A stretch of DNA of 64,000 nt from Eledone cirrhosa (lineage: Eukaryota): the NCBI GenBank assembly GCA_964016885.1, contig OZ024755.1, positions 30,256,001 through 30,320,000 of the forward strand, given 5' to 3'. The position numbers and the translations under genes are program-made. The notes beneath the pieces are model-generated. The model searched no databases and had not been told where the DNA came from. It saw nothing but the letters and a program-made list of their open reading frames with translations. This document shows, in pieces, positions 15,299 through 27,349 of the stretch. Positions within the stretch are counted from its first letter, which is position 1. Every line of letters starts with the position of its first letter.

Positions 15299-15520
15299 AT
15301 ATACATATATATATTCAATTGGTCTAGCAAATGTAAAACCTTTACCGCAGGGCAGAACATCCTTGTAATACATATATATATATATATATGTAGATAAATC
15401 TACCAAGAGTTTACGGTAGTGTCCAATCCGTATGAAGAACTCAATGTAATCCGGATATCATGGAAAGAAGAGATGTAATGAAAAATCACTTTCGGTGAAA
15501 GATAAACGGAATACAGAGTC

Positions 15521-16001
15521 AAGATAAAATATTAAAAAAATAATGAATAAAACAATGAAACAGTTCCTTATATTAAACAAAAAAAGTTCATTATTTAACG
15601 ATCGTTTCTGGGATATATATGTGTTAGAATTGGCATGTATATTTAACAGATCTATGTACAAAATTATACAAAATTATATAAACTATCAAAATTAAATATA
15701 CATACCAACTCATATATATGCCGTCTTCAGAAATAAATCATTTATTTCAGAAATAAATAATTTATTTCCGTCTTCAGAAATAAATAATTTATTTCTGAAG
15801 ACGGCATATATATGAGTTGGTATGTATATTTAATTTTGATAGTTTGTATAATTTTGTATAATTTTGTACATAGATCTGTTAAATATACATGCCAATTCTA
15901 ACACATATATATCCCAGAAACGATCGTTAAATAATGAACTTTTTTTGTTTAATATAAGGAACTGTTTCATTGTTTTATTCATTATTTTTTAAATATTTTA
16001 T
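15521..16001. repeat. Near-perfect inverted repeat with arms of about 230 bp (head-to-head duplicated HHR element)
   Basis: 15521-15750 is the reverse complement of about 15765-16001. Confidence 0.9.
15789..15934 (+). ncRNA. Hammerhead with a 115-nt stem II (inverted copy at 15591-15736)
   Basis: TTATTT-CTGAAGA-[long hairpin GTTGGTATGTATATTTAA/TTAAATATACATGCCAAT]-GAAAC GATC GTT^AAATAA. Confidence 0.7.
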
Positions 16002-16025
16002 ATATATATATATATATAAATATAT

Positions 16026-16163
16026 CAGTAATATTCCGTTATAACAAAAACCATTATAACGAATTTTTCAGTATCACGAATTTTTTTCAATCCCCGGCCA
16101 CACGCTGCATGTGTTGGGTCGATAACGTTATAAAGAATTTTTCGTTATAACGGAATTTCACTG
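16026..16163. mobile_element. MITE with CAGT..TTCCGTTATAAC terminal inverted repeats
   Basis: CAGTAATATTCCGTTATAAC / GTTATAACGGAATTTCACTG in TA context. Confidence 0.7.
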
Positions 16164-16194
<31 letters not shown>

Positions 16195-16342
16195 AAATAA
16201 CCGATTAAAGTTTAAGCAAAGAATCGCTGCTTTCACCCTTAACGGGATCTTCTGAAACTAACAAAGTATCGTCTTCCTGTCTTCCTCCGGTTGCAACGTT
16301 TTTTTGAAATATTCACTTCTGCGTTCACATATTGACTTTGTT

Positions 16343-16393
16343 AGTTTCAGAAGATCCCGTTAAGGGTGAAAGCAGCGATTCTTTGCTTAAACT
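16343..16393 (+). ncRNA. Hammerhead-like motif, CAGAAGA core variant (inverted copy at 16209-16259)
   Basis: AGTTT-CAGAAGA-T CCC GTTAA GGG T-GAAA GCA..TG-CTT^AAACT; IR 16191-16267/16335-16411; related fragment at about 1375-1478. Confidence 0.6.
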
Positions 16394-16641
16394 TTAATCT
16401 GTTATTTTAATAAATATTTGCTCTACGGTTCTTATATATTTGATATATATTTATCCTTATCGAGCCCTCTTTGGATTTTAATCTTCAAATTTATTATTAT
16501 TACTATATCCTACCCCCCACTCTCCTGAGCGTGAATTTAATAAACATTTATTGTACTGCCTCTCTGTTCTGTCCCTGTTCAATTTTTCATTATATATATA
16601 TATATATATATATATTGGAATAAATGCTCTGAAATAGCGAT

Positions 16642-16894
16642 ATATATGTGAAGATAGACATAGAATATTCGAAAATATTCTGTATGTTTATAATAAACAT
16701 TTTGAAGACCTAATCGCTATAGAATAGAATACGTCACGTATTACAATTAGATTCTCGATAAAAGCAAGGGAAGTAACCTACGCGTTTCATTAATTGTAAT
16801 ACGTGACGTATTCTATTCTATAGCGATTAGGTCTTCAAAATGTTTATTATAAACATACAGAATATTTTCGAATATTCTATGTCTACCTTCACAC

Positions 16895-16900
<6 letters not shown>
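16642..16900. repeat. Inverted repeat (arms about 105 bp) in (TA)n, with a degenerate HHR-like motif on minus
   Basis: 16642-16749 mirrors 16791-16900; minus strand reads TTGAAGA...GAAACGCGTA. Confidence 0.7.
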
Positions 16901-16967
<67 letters not shown>

Positions 16968-18254
16968 TGTGTTTATATATACTTAGTCCAACATCAGGTA
17001 ACTGTGTTTTAAAAACACTCCTTTGGAGTCATTGCGTAATTAAACTTAATATTTATCAATGCAATGTATCGACCCGAAATTCTTTAAAGATTTGCCTTAG
17101 TTTCATATCTAAGACATTCAAATATCAATACTATCAATATGCCCATATTTTCTTTGAATATAAAAAAGCCTTTCAAAATTCACATAACAATTGAAATCAA
17201 TAATATACTACTCAATTTGAAAAGAAAATTGACATCAAGAGCTGCCTCCTAAAAAAGAAAAAAAAAACATGTATGTGCCCAGCTGTGTCTTAAGAAATCG
17301 TTTCAGCACTTTTTGGGTCATTGGAAACGTTTAAACATATGGAATGCCAAAGAGAGTGAATTCCTAAACCACAAAATGGGTACATAAAAATCTTCTGAGT
17401 GAAATTTATAAGGTGAAACTGCAATTTAAAATCAATTTAAAATCAAGCTTCGCACATTCGTGAAAGGTTCATAGGGTGACCAATGTGCTCTCATGAAATG
17501 ACCAAATGAGGTTTTTTTTTCTATCTAGCTATCGATCTATTTATTAACATTCCTACCTACACAATCAATATATTTACTTATGAACGCCTGTGTGTATACA
17601 TTTGTAGATGCAAGGTGTGTCCGTATATATGTACGTGGATGTATGCCTTCTAGTAGATACAATATGTATTGCCCACCAAAGCATTTTATATAGGCCAACT
17701 ACAAAATAGATAGTATCTAAAACAAGTAAATGTTATTTTTGTTGTGATTGTTTTTATTTTATTACATATATTAGTAAAAGAGCCTGTCGTTGCCGGTAGA
17801 AAGTCGGACGCCATGCTTCGACGCATAGAGTTACGTTCCTTTCCATTCTGAGTTCAAATCCCGCCGAGGTTAACTTTACCTTTCATCCTTACGGGGTCGC
17901 TAAAATAAAGTACCAGTAATGCACTGGGTAATTGCTGGCCTTGTGCCAAAAGTAGAACAAATATAAATGGATCATTAGATATTTACGTTAGGGAAAGAGA
18001 CAGACGAAGTCTTTTTTAAGCTGCCAACAAAATAAAAAGTAAAATACAATCTTGAAATTACTAAATGTTGGTAAGAATTTGGGAAGGACAGATGTTAAAT
18101 ATAAAGATATTAAGATATTAGAAAAGAGGGAAGTAGAGATAAAATAGTGAATCATAATACAACTGAATTGAGTAAACAAGTAAATATTATTTTTGATGCG
18201 CGGGGGTCAATAGTAAGAGAGAAAGTGAGTGTTTTTATTTTATTACATATTATA

Positions 18255-18524
18255 CTAGCAAAAGAGCCCATCGTTGCCGGGCACATCTTTCACCACTGTA
18301 AATAAAGACCCCCCCCCCCCACACACACACACCCACCTCACTTCTCAACAAGGCAGTCTTTTAATAGCTCCCAGAACTCTGCTATTGCAGGGGATAGCGA
18401 GATTTAAACTATATGTTGACATGCTCCGGGAGCTAAATGATATCAAATTTGAACGAAAGCGGATGGAAACTGTGGAAATGTCTAACTGTATACAGTCAGA
18501 CATGTTCGTCTATATATATATAGA
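18255..18524 (-). mobile_element. Non-autonomous Helitron
   Basis: Minus: 5' TC, 3' GCCCG..TGGGC hairpin then CTAG, inserted between A and T. Confidence 0.7.
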
Positions 18525-19679
18525 TGAAATATTTCCAAGCACATTTTATTCTTTATTTTTTTATCCTTTTAACAAAACACCATATGTTGCTGTTGTGACT
18601 CTATAACATGTCATTTCCAACTTAGTAACGTTGGTAACCATAATGTTAGTTGGGACAAGTAATTAAGGTAAAGGTGAGAGGGACTGAAAAAAAAACTGGG
18701 CTAAAAATGTGGTCCATTGTTATAATTGCAAACACGACAGACTGGTGTGTCTTTGTGTATATACATGTGTGTTTATGGATGCGTGCCCGTCTATATACGT
18801 ATGTGTATGTGCGTGATTCGTTGTGAGAGAGTGTGTACGTATGTGAGAGAGTGTGTGTACGTGTGTGAGTGTGTGAGTGTGTGTGTATGAAGATATTAAT
18901 ATATAAAAGAAAAGCAAAGACGCAAGGAAATAAGAAACACTTAATAGACTTTATACATTTTCTTTCTCATTTACCTCCCTCGCTCTTTCAATATATAGTC
19001 ACACACACACGCGCGCGCACACACACACATATATTGGGTTGTCAAGTATGAAACGTGTAGAAATTAAAAAAAAAAAATATTCTACAAGTTTCATACTTGA
19101 TGACCCAATATATGTAAATATATATATATGCGTGTGTGTGTCAGTGTGTGTGTGTCTGTGTATGTGTGTGTGTGTGTGTGTATGTGTTTCTATATGTCAT
19201 AGATTACACGTATTATCATGACCAATAACACATATTGTAGGGTGAAATATACAACGTGACTTGAAGTTTCACAACGAGAGGTTGCCCTGACTACATATCA
19301 TACGATATCATAAAATCGGTAGATCATCAGACACCATGCTTTGGAGCATAGAGTTATGGCCCTTTACGTTCTGAGTTCAAATCCCGCCGAGCTTAACTTT
19401 GCCTTCCATTTTTACAGGGTTGATAACATAAAGTACCAGTAATACACTGGGTGATTGGTAGCCTGGTGCCAAAAGTAGAACCAATTATTGAACCACATAT
19501 TTACTGTAACACTATTATGTGGGGTTCTCACCTAGCTACTATGGAATTATTACAGCTTCAAACAGCGCTAGTTTATATATGATTATTATATGGAGATACA
19601 CCGTATGTGTCTACATTGATACCTCTATTGTGAATCACATATGCGCGCGCGCAAACCCACTCATACACACACATATATA

Positions 19680-19718
<39 letters not shown>

Positions 19719-20059
19719 ATATAATATAATATAATATATAATATAATATAATATAATATATAATATATTATATTATATATATATATATAATATATATAAT
19801 ATATAATATATTATATTATATATATATATAATATATATAATATATTATATTATATATATAATATATATAATATATAATATATTATATTATATATATATAT
19901 AATATATATAATATATAATATATTATATTATATATATATATAATATATATATTATATTATATTATATATACAATATATATAATATATAATATATTATATT
20001 ATATATATATATATATATATATTATATTATATATACAATATATATAATATATAATATAT

Positions 20060-20108
<49 letters not shown>

Positions 20109-20293
20109 TATATTATATATATATATAATATATATAAAATATAATATATTATATTATATATATATAATATATATAACATAATATATTATATATAATATAT
20201 AATATATAATATTATATATATAATATATATAATATATAATATTATATATATATGTAATATATATAATATATAATATTATATATATATAATATA

Positions 20294-20359
<66 letters not shown>

Positions 20360-20393
20360 ATTATATATATATATATATATATACAAATAAATA

Positions 20394-20534
20394 TATGATA
20401 GGGATAAACACTAATATAAGTATATAAGTGTTTGTATTGCAAATGACCAAGTTAGCTAGATTGAATCTAGCTAACTTGGTCATTTGCAATACAAACACTT
20501 ATATACTTGTATTAGTGTTTATCCCTATCATATA
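20394..20534. repeat. Near-perfect palindrome of about 140 bp next to (TA)n
   Basis: Fold-back centred near 20462-20463; a single-arm relative lies at about 48850-48920. Confidence 0.85.
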
Positions 20535-20677
20535 TCCATTTGTATTTCACGGCTCAGAAATATCCCTCTCTTTGAGCTATTTAATTGTAAAAGACTATTT
20601 GAGTTTATAACTCTCTCTATATATATATAAGTTAAAACAATGAAATAAAAAATCAAGTCATTAGAGATATATTTCAC

Positions 20678-20803
20678 TGCTTTACGATCGTTTCTAGATG
20701 GTGATAATACATTGTATCTATACTCACTTATTGATCTATGTATAAACTATCAGATAGAGAGAATATTTACTTACATGCATATCACCAGCTGTTTTCAAAA
20801 GCA
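20678..20803 (-). ncRNA. Decayed long-stem-II hammerhead
   Basis: TGCTT-TTGAAAA-..TGGTGATA...TATCACCA..-GAAAC GATC GTA^AAGCA; same architecture as 15789-15934, core mutated. Confidence 0.45.
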
Positions 20804-21474
20804 TTGTCAACAATATCTTTTGCATTTGCATTCTTTATTCTATGTCCATACCTGCATTGTTTGGGCTTTATTATACATATAAAAACGTTTATACCTCATT
20901 ACACAATGCTTCAAGTGAACTATAACTTACTCCATATATAATTATATATATATATATGTATAATTATATATATATATAATTATATATGTATATGTATAAT
21001 TATATATATAATTATATATATATATATGTATAATTATATATATATATAATTATATATATATATATATATATGTATAATTATATATATAATTATATATATA
21101 TATGTATAATTATATATATAATTATATATATATATGTATAATTATATATATAATTATATATATATATATATATATGTATAATTATATATATAATTATATA
21201 TATATATATATATATATGTATAATTATATATATATATAATTATATATATATATGTATAATTATATATATGTATAATTATATATATATATATATAATTATA
21301 TATGTATATGTATAATTATATATATATATATATATATATGTATAATTATATATATATATATGTATAATTATATATATATATATGTATAATTATATATATA
21401 TATGTATAATTATATATATATATATATGTATAATTATATATATATATGTATAATTATATATATATATATATGTA

Positions 21475-21519
<45 letters not shown>

Positions 21520-21613
21520 TTATATATACATATATATATATAATTATAATAATAATAATATTATTTATACTTATATATATATATGTATAATTATATATAT
21601 ATATATATATGTA

Positions 21614-21713
<100 letters not shown>

Positions 21714-21891
21714 TTATATATACATATATATATATATAATTATAATAATAATAATATTATTTATACTTATATATACACTATATATAAGTATAAACTCCGA
21801 TGATACCAAACTTTCGTTTGGAAGAAACGATTGTCAGCCATAAAATGTTTTGAACATAATTTTGATTATTCTGTAATTTATATATATAATT

Positions 21892-21954
<63 letters not shown>

Positions 21955-22001
21955 TATATATATATACATATATATATATATGTATATATATATAAATATA
22001 A

Positions 22002-22096
<95 letters not shown>

Positions 22097-22553
22097 AATA
22101 TATATATATGTGTGTATATATATGTATATATGTGTGTATATATGTATATATTTATTTGTGCGTGTAAAAATTTCCAACTTTTGTCATAACTTCTTTCTTT
22201 ATAATTTGATATGTGGAGATACATTTAACCATGATTGAATTCGATTTTTCCCAACATATTATAGGGATTAGCGATTACTAGATGCATTATCTAACATATT
22301 AATGTAACATATGCAAAGGTTATGAAATAAATCTCCTTGTACAGTGAACGGAGTATCCGTGTAAATCTTCATCTAATCATACATACATACATATATATAT
22401 ATATATCTGGTAGACGGAAATTGTCCAGAAGCCCACTGTGTAAATATATGTCTGTATGTATATGCACTGTTTTGCCTTTCATCCTTACGATAAAATAAAG
22501 TACCAGTAATGTACTGGGTAATTGCTGGCCTTGTGCCTAAAGTAGAAACAATT

Positions 22554-22611
<58 letters not shown>

Positions 22612-22614
<3 letters not shown>

Positions 22615-22945
22615 AGGAGGTTATAGTTCACTTGAAGCATTGTGTAATGATGTATAAACTTTTGTATATGTATAATAAAGCCAAGACAATGCAGGTGTGG
22701 ACATAGAATAAAGAATGCAAATGCAAAAGATATTGTTGACAATTAGTCTTTTACCTTAGATTTATTTAAATGTCCGAAATTTTCGAGATAATATCTCTTC
22801 TTCAGAGGGAGTAAAGTTGTCAAACCAGTGTTCTAAATAGCTTGCCAAGTCATGCTGACAGGAAAAGGTATAGAGTATCTATAGAGTATCTTTTGCATTT
22901 GCATTCTTTATTCTATGTCCCTACCTGCACTGTTTTGGCTTTATT
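22612..22945 (-). mobile_element. Second copy of the PLE 3' end/pLTR (minus, 22612-22876) with a short inverted plus piece (about 22887-22945)
   Basis: Homologous to 12690-12950; carries CTGAAGA-AGAGATATTATCTC-GAAA on minus at about 22772-22812; another partial copy at 20804-20935. Confidence 0.75.
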
Positions 22946-22959
22946 ATACATATACAAAT

Positions 22960-23063
<104 letters not shown>

Positions 23064-23792
23064 TGCAATTTTCTCTTTGCTTTCGATACTGAAGGTTTTG
23101 TCGAGAGCTTTGTTGGCTCATTTTTTACTTTTATCAATTTATAAAAATGTACCTGCGTGTTCCTCAAAAATAAGGAATACTTGCTAAGCTCCCTTTCACT
23201 GTCACATGACACTGAAAGTGGCACTGGCTACAGTAGGGGCATTCCACACCAAATATAGTGGGCTGGTGTTTGACTTGTTCCGAAGAGGCTAACACCCCGC
23301 CGATGAAGTTACTCTTCACCGATTAAGTAATGTTTGATAGGATTACCTAATTTCTGTGGATGCCAGTTCGACATGGACTGTCGTCAGCAGATGGGGTAAC
23401 AGAAACTATTGCATTAAATTCTCTACCCATACGACGTCGTTTCTCTATTTAACGTATAGGTGTGCACTCTGCTTCTTTTTTTTTTTTGGCTGATATCTTA
23501 ATGATGGTGGCTTAATTAAAGTATTGAGGGAGTGAGAAGACGGTTGGAGATACACCGGTTCTTCCGATGACTTCGTTTCAATATTTTATATATATATATA
23601 TTTGCTCTGGTCCTAGCGGCCTGCTTATCGGTCGCTGTCTTCAATTTGCATAGCTGTCTAAACGTAATGTTATAACTCTAAGGTAAAATTCCTTATTGAG
23701 TGCTTAGCAGCACATCCCGACTGCATTCGTTAGCTTGGTTGCGACCAGAGCTTCGATTATGCTCTACTTCCTTTTTGTAAATAAATAAATAA

Positions 23793-23847
<55 letters not shown>

Positions 23848-23882
23848 CTGTAGTAAAAGTCCATAAGATGAGTTTGGTATGA

Positions 23883-24037
23883 ATAATTACAACAGTGACA
23901 CAAACAGGTACTTAAGTTTCCTTGGGTTCTGGACACCAACTCATTCCGCCTGTCATAAGAATTTTTCTTATGACAGGTGGAATCAGTTGGTGTCCAGAAC
24001 CCAACGAAACTTAAGTACCTGTTTATGTCACTGTAGC

Positions 24038-24043
<6 letters not shown>
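23883..24043. repeat. Inverted repeat carrying two divergent HHR-like motifs (23904-23953 minus; 23973-24022 plus)
   Basis: ACAGG-(C/T)GGAAT(G/C)A-GTTGG..CCAAC-GAAAC TTAA GTA^CCTGT. Confidence 0.6.
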
Positions 24044-24081
<38 letters not shown>

Positions 24082-24334
24082 CGTCAAGTATGTGTTTATA
24101 TGCACATTGTGAATAAGCCCAATAACATGTTGGTTCGACAGAAGTGATAGATAAATAAATGCCAAACTTGAAAAAGAATTATGATTGACTTTGATTGTAA
24201 TCGACTAAATCTCTTCAACTTGTAGAGAAATGATTGAAACCAGTAAAAAATCAAACGAATATAAGTATGTATGTATGTATGTATGTATGTATGTATGTAT
24301 GTATGTATGTATGTATGTATGTATGTATGTATGT

Positions 24335-24665
24335 AGTCTTACTTTATGACCGCGAAGATGACTTTCGAATCCAGCTTTGCTTAGGCAGAGTCTCGCACGG
24401 ACGCTGCATGTTAGCACCATAGGAGGGCCTTGGCTGTCTGGAAGCGGTTGACTACCAGGCTGCTGTTGAAGATGCTACTCATCATGCTTGCTAAGCATGT
24501 GGTAGAGAATGTAAATCAGCAGGAGGGCTCAAACGACATGCAAAAGTACATGAACTCCAACCATAGCCAGCTATTTCCAGTGAATGTTTTGGTTGCCGAC
24601 TCTGTGCAAGACAATTTAGATCATTGGCTGGGCTAAAAATCCACATTCGATCGCAGCGCTGTTAA
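24335..24665. mobile_element. RTE-BovB-like C-terminal C2H2 zinc-finger fragments (minus then plus)
   Basis: Minus CSVRARLCLSKAGFESHLR plus (CATA)n; plus CGRECKSAGGLKRHAKVH and CRLCARQFRSLAGLKIHIR. Confidence 0.6.
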
Positions 24666-25016
24666 TTGCTATCGTGTGTGTGTGTGTATAGATATGTTTA
24701 TGTGTGTGCGTGTGTGTGTGTATATATATATATATATGTATATTATTATTGCCGAGGTTGACTTTGCCTTTCATCCTTACGGGGTCGATAAAATAAAGTA
24801 CCAGTAATGCACTGGATAATTGCTGGCCTTGTGCCTAAAGTAGAAACAATTATTATTGTTGTTATTATTATTGTTATTATTATGTTTTTTTGTTTTTTTT
24901 TATCGTGCAATGTCCATACTCGATAACGAGGGGGCAGCCATCATGTATGTATGTATGTATGTATGTATGTATGTATGTATGTATGTATGTATGTATGTAT
25001 TATGTATGTATGTATG

Positions 25017-26027
25017 CAACCCTGATGGTATCCAATGATGTTGACTTGTTCTTCTTTTTGGTAAATATCATCTCGGTTAAGAGAGTGGGACTGGTTTTGT
25101 GCAGTGCCTTTGCTCACTATAAAAGCTTCACGGCACAGGCATTGCTTTATATCTGGAGATCTCTCTGCACTTGTCGTCGCGTGGTGCCATGGGCCCAGCG
25201 CTGTGTGTCAATAATTGTCACAAATGTAGTGTTTGTACCAGAGTTTTCAAGTCGCTGACTGGACTAAAAGGTCACACTCGTTCAGCGCATCGGTAGGGGT
25301 TCTCCTACATGGATATAAAGTAGTGGCCGTACTCGAAAACGAATTGGCAGCCACCATGTATGTATGTATGTATGTATGTATGTATGTATGTATGTATGTA
25401 TGTATGTATGTATGTATGTATGTATGTATGCACAGGCATTGCTTTATATCTGAAGATCTCTCTGCACTTGTCGTCACATGGTACCATGGGCCCAGCACTA
25501 TGTGTCAGTAATTGTCACAAGTGTAGTGTTTGTACCAGAGTTTTCAAGTCGCTGGCTGGACTAAAAGGTCACACTCGTTCAGCGCATCGGTAGGGGTTCT
25601 CCTACATGGATATAAAGTAGTGGCCGTACTCGAAAACGAGTTGGCAGCCACCATGTATGTATGTATGTATGTATGTATGTATGTATGTATGTATGTATGT
25701 ATGTATGTATGTATGTATGTATGTATGTATGTATGTATGTATGTATGTATGCACAGGCATTGCTTTATATCTGAAGATCTCTCTGCACTTGTCGTCACAT
25801 GGTACCATGGGCCCAGCACTATGTGTCAGTAATTGTCACAAGTGTAGTGTTTGTACCAGAGTTTTCAAGTCGCTGGCTGGACTAAAAATCACACTCGTTC
25901 AGCGCATCGGTAGGGGTTCTCCTACATGCATATAAAGTAGTGGCCGTACTCGAAAACGAGTTGGCAGCCACCATGTATGTATGTATGTATGTATGTATGT
26001 ATGTATGTATGTATGTATGTATGTATG

Positions 26028-26056
<29 letters not shown>
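25017..26056 (+). mobile_element. Same retroposon family, followed by two further tandem 3' ends, each with a (TATG)n tail
   Basis: Units at about 25017-25356, 25431-25653 and 25751-25973; HKCSVCTRVFKSLAGLKGHTRSAHR. Confidence 0.75.
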
Positions 26057-26060
<4 letters not shown>

Positions 26061-26581
26061 GCTTTTATGTCTGTATGTGCGTGTACTATGTGTGTATATG
26101 TTTGTAGTCGCTGCGTTTGTAAATTAGATCTTGTTTTTTATTGAATCAAATTTTCTATGGCAATTCTCAATTCGAGGATCAAGGCTATAAAGAGAATATT
26201 TACGTTGAACGTTCGGAAAATATGTACTGGATTATATTGAATATAATTTTAGCATGAGAATATAATTGATATCACCATCCTATAAAAATGAAACTATAAT
26301 AACAAAACTGCTCATTTAATATATATGTATGTATGTATATATATATCAATATATATATATGTAAGTATGCATGTATACGTACATACATATATGTATACAG
26401 ACGTACAGTAGCATGCACATATATATATATATATACATATATACATACATATGCATACAGGTACACATACATATATGCACGTATCAGTTTAGCGGCGCTA
26501 ACGTCGCTTTGTTCGTTTGTAAACAAACTGAACAGCCTGAATTTATGCCATACGGTGTTAAGGCAACCACGTCACCTTTTT

Positions 26582-26668
26582 GTTCAACACTGACACAGGA
26601 ACGATGTACTAGTTTCAAGCTTGTTAGCTATCATCAGCACCGTTTACCCATCTGCCAGATAGTTGAAC
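26582..26668 (-). ncRNA. Hammerhead ribozyme, inverted copy in array A
   Basis: Reverse complement of 27263-27349 (TCATCAG at 26631-26637). Confidence 0.88.
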
Positions 26669-27262
26669 GTTCGAAAGTATATACTTTCCTTATGAAAATT
26701 AACGGCTGAGCAGCCTAATTTGCATATTGAGTGAGTTAAATCGGTCAGGCATACCGAAAACGATAAATTGAAACAAAATGAAAACGAAATTTCATTTCTC
26801 ACTCTTAGTATGGCACTTACTTAAATGTAAGTATGCATGCATACGTACATACATATATGTATACAGACGTACAGTAGCATGCACATATATGTATATATAT
26901 ACATATATACATACATATGCATACAGGTACACATACATATATGCACGTATCAGTTTAGCGGCGCTAACGTCGCTTTGTTCGTTTGTAAACAAACTGAACA
27001 GCCTGAATTTATGCCATACGGTGTTAAGGCAACCACGTCACCTTTTTGTTCAACACTGATACGTCTGTATACATATATGTATGTACGTATACATGCATAC
27101 TTACATTTAAGTAAGTGCCATACTAAGAGTGAGAAATGAAATTTCGTTTTCATTTTGTTTCAATTTATCGTTTTCGGTATGCCTGACCGATTTAACTCAC
27201 TCAATATGCAAATTAGGCTGCTCAGCCGTTAATTTTCATAAGGAAAGTATATACTTTCGAAC

Positions 27263-27349
27263 GTTCAACTATCTGGCAGATGGGTAAACGGTGCTGATGA
27301 TAGCTAACAAGCTTGAAACTAGTACATCGTTCCTGTGTCAGTGTTGAAC
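27263..27349 (+). ncRNA. Type I hammerhead ribozyme of array A (plus-strand cores at 27294, 27760, 28226, 28692, 29158, 29624, 30090, 30556)
   Basis: AACGGTG-CTGATGA-T AGCT AACA AGCT T-GAAA-C TA-GTA^CATCGTT; stem I extends via GG/CC past a TA bulge, CTGGCA/TGTCAG and GTTCAAC/GTTGAAC; predicted cut after 27324. Confidence 0.88.
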
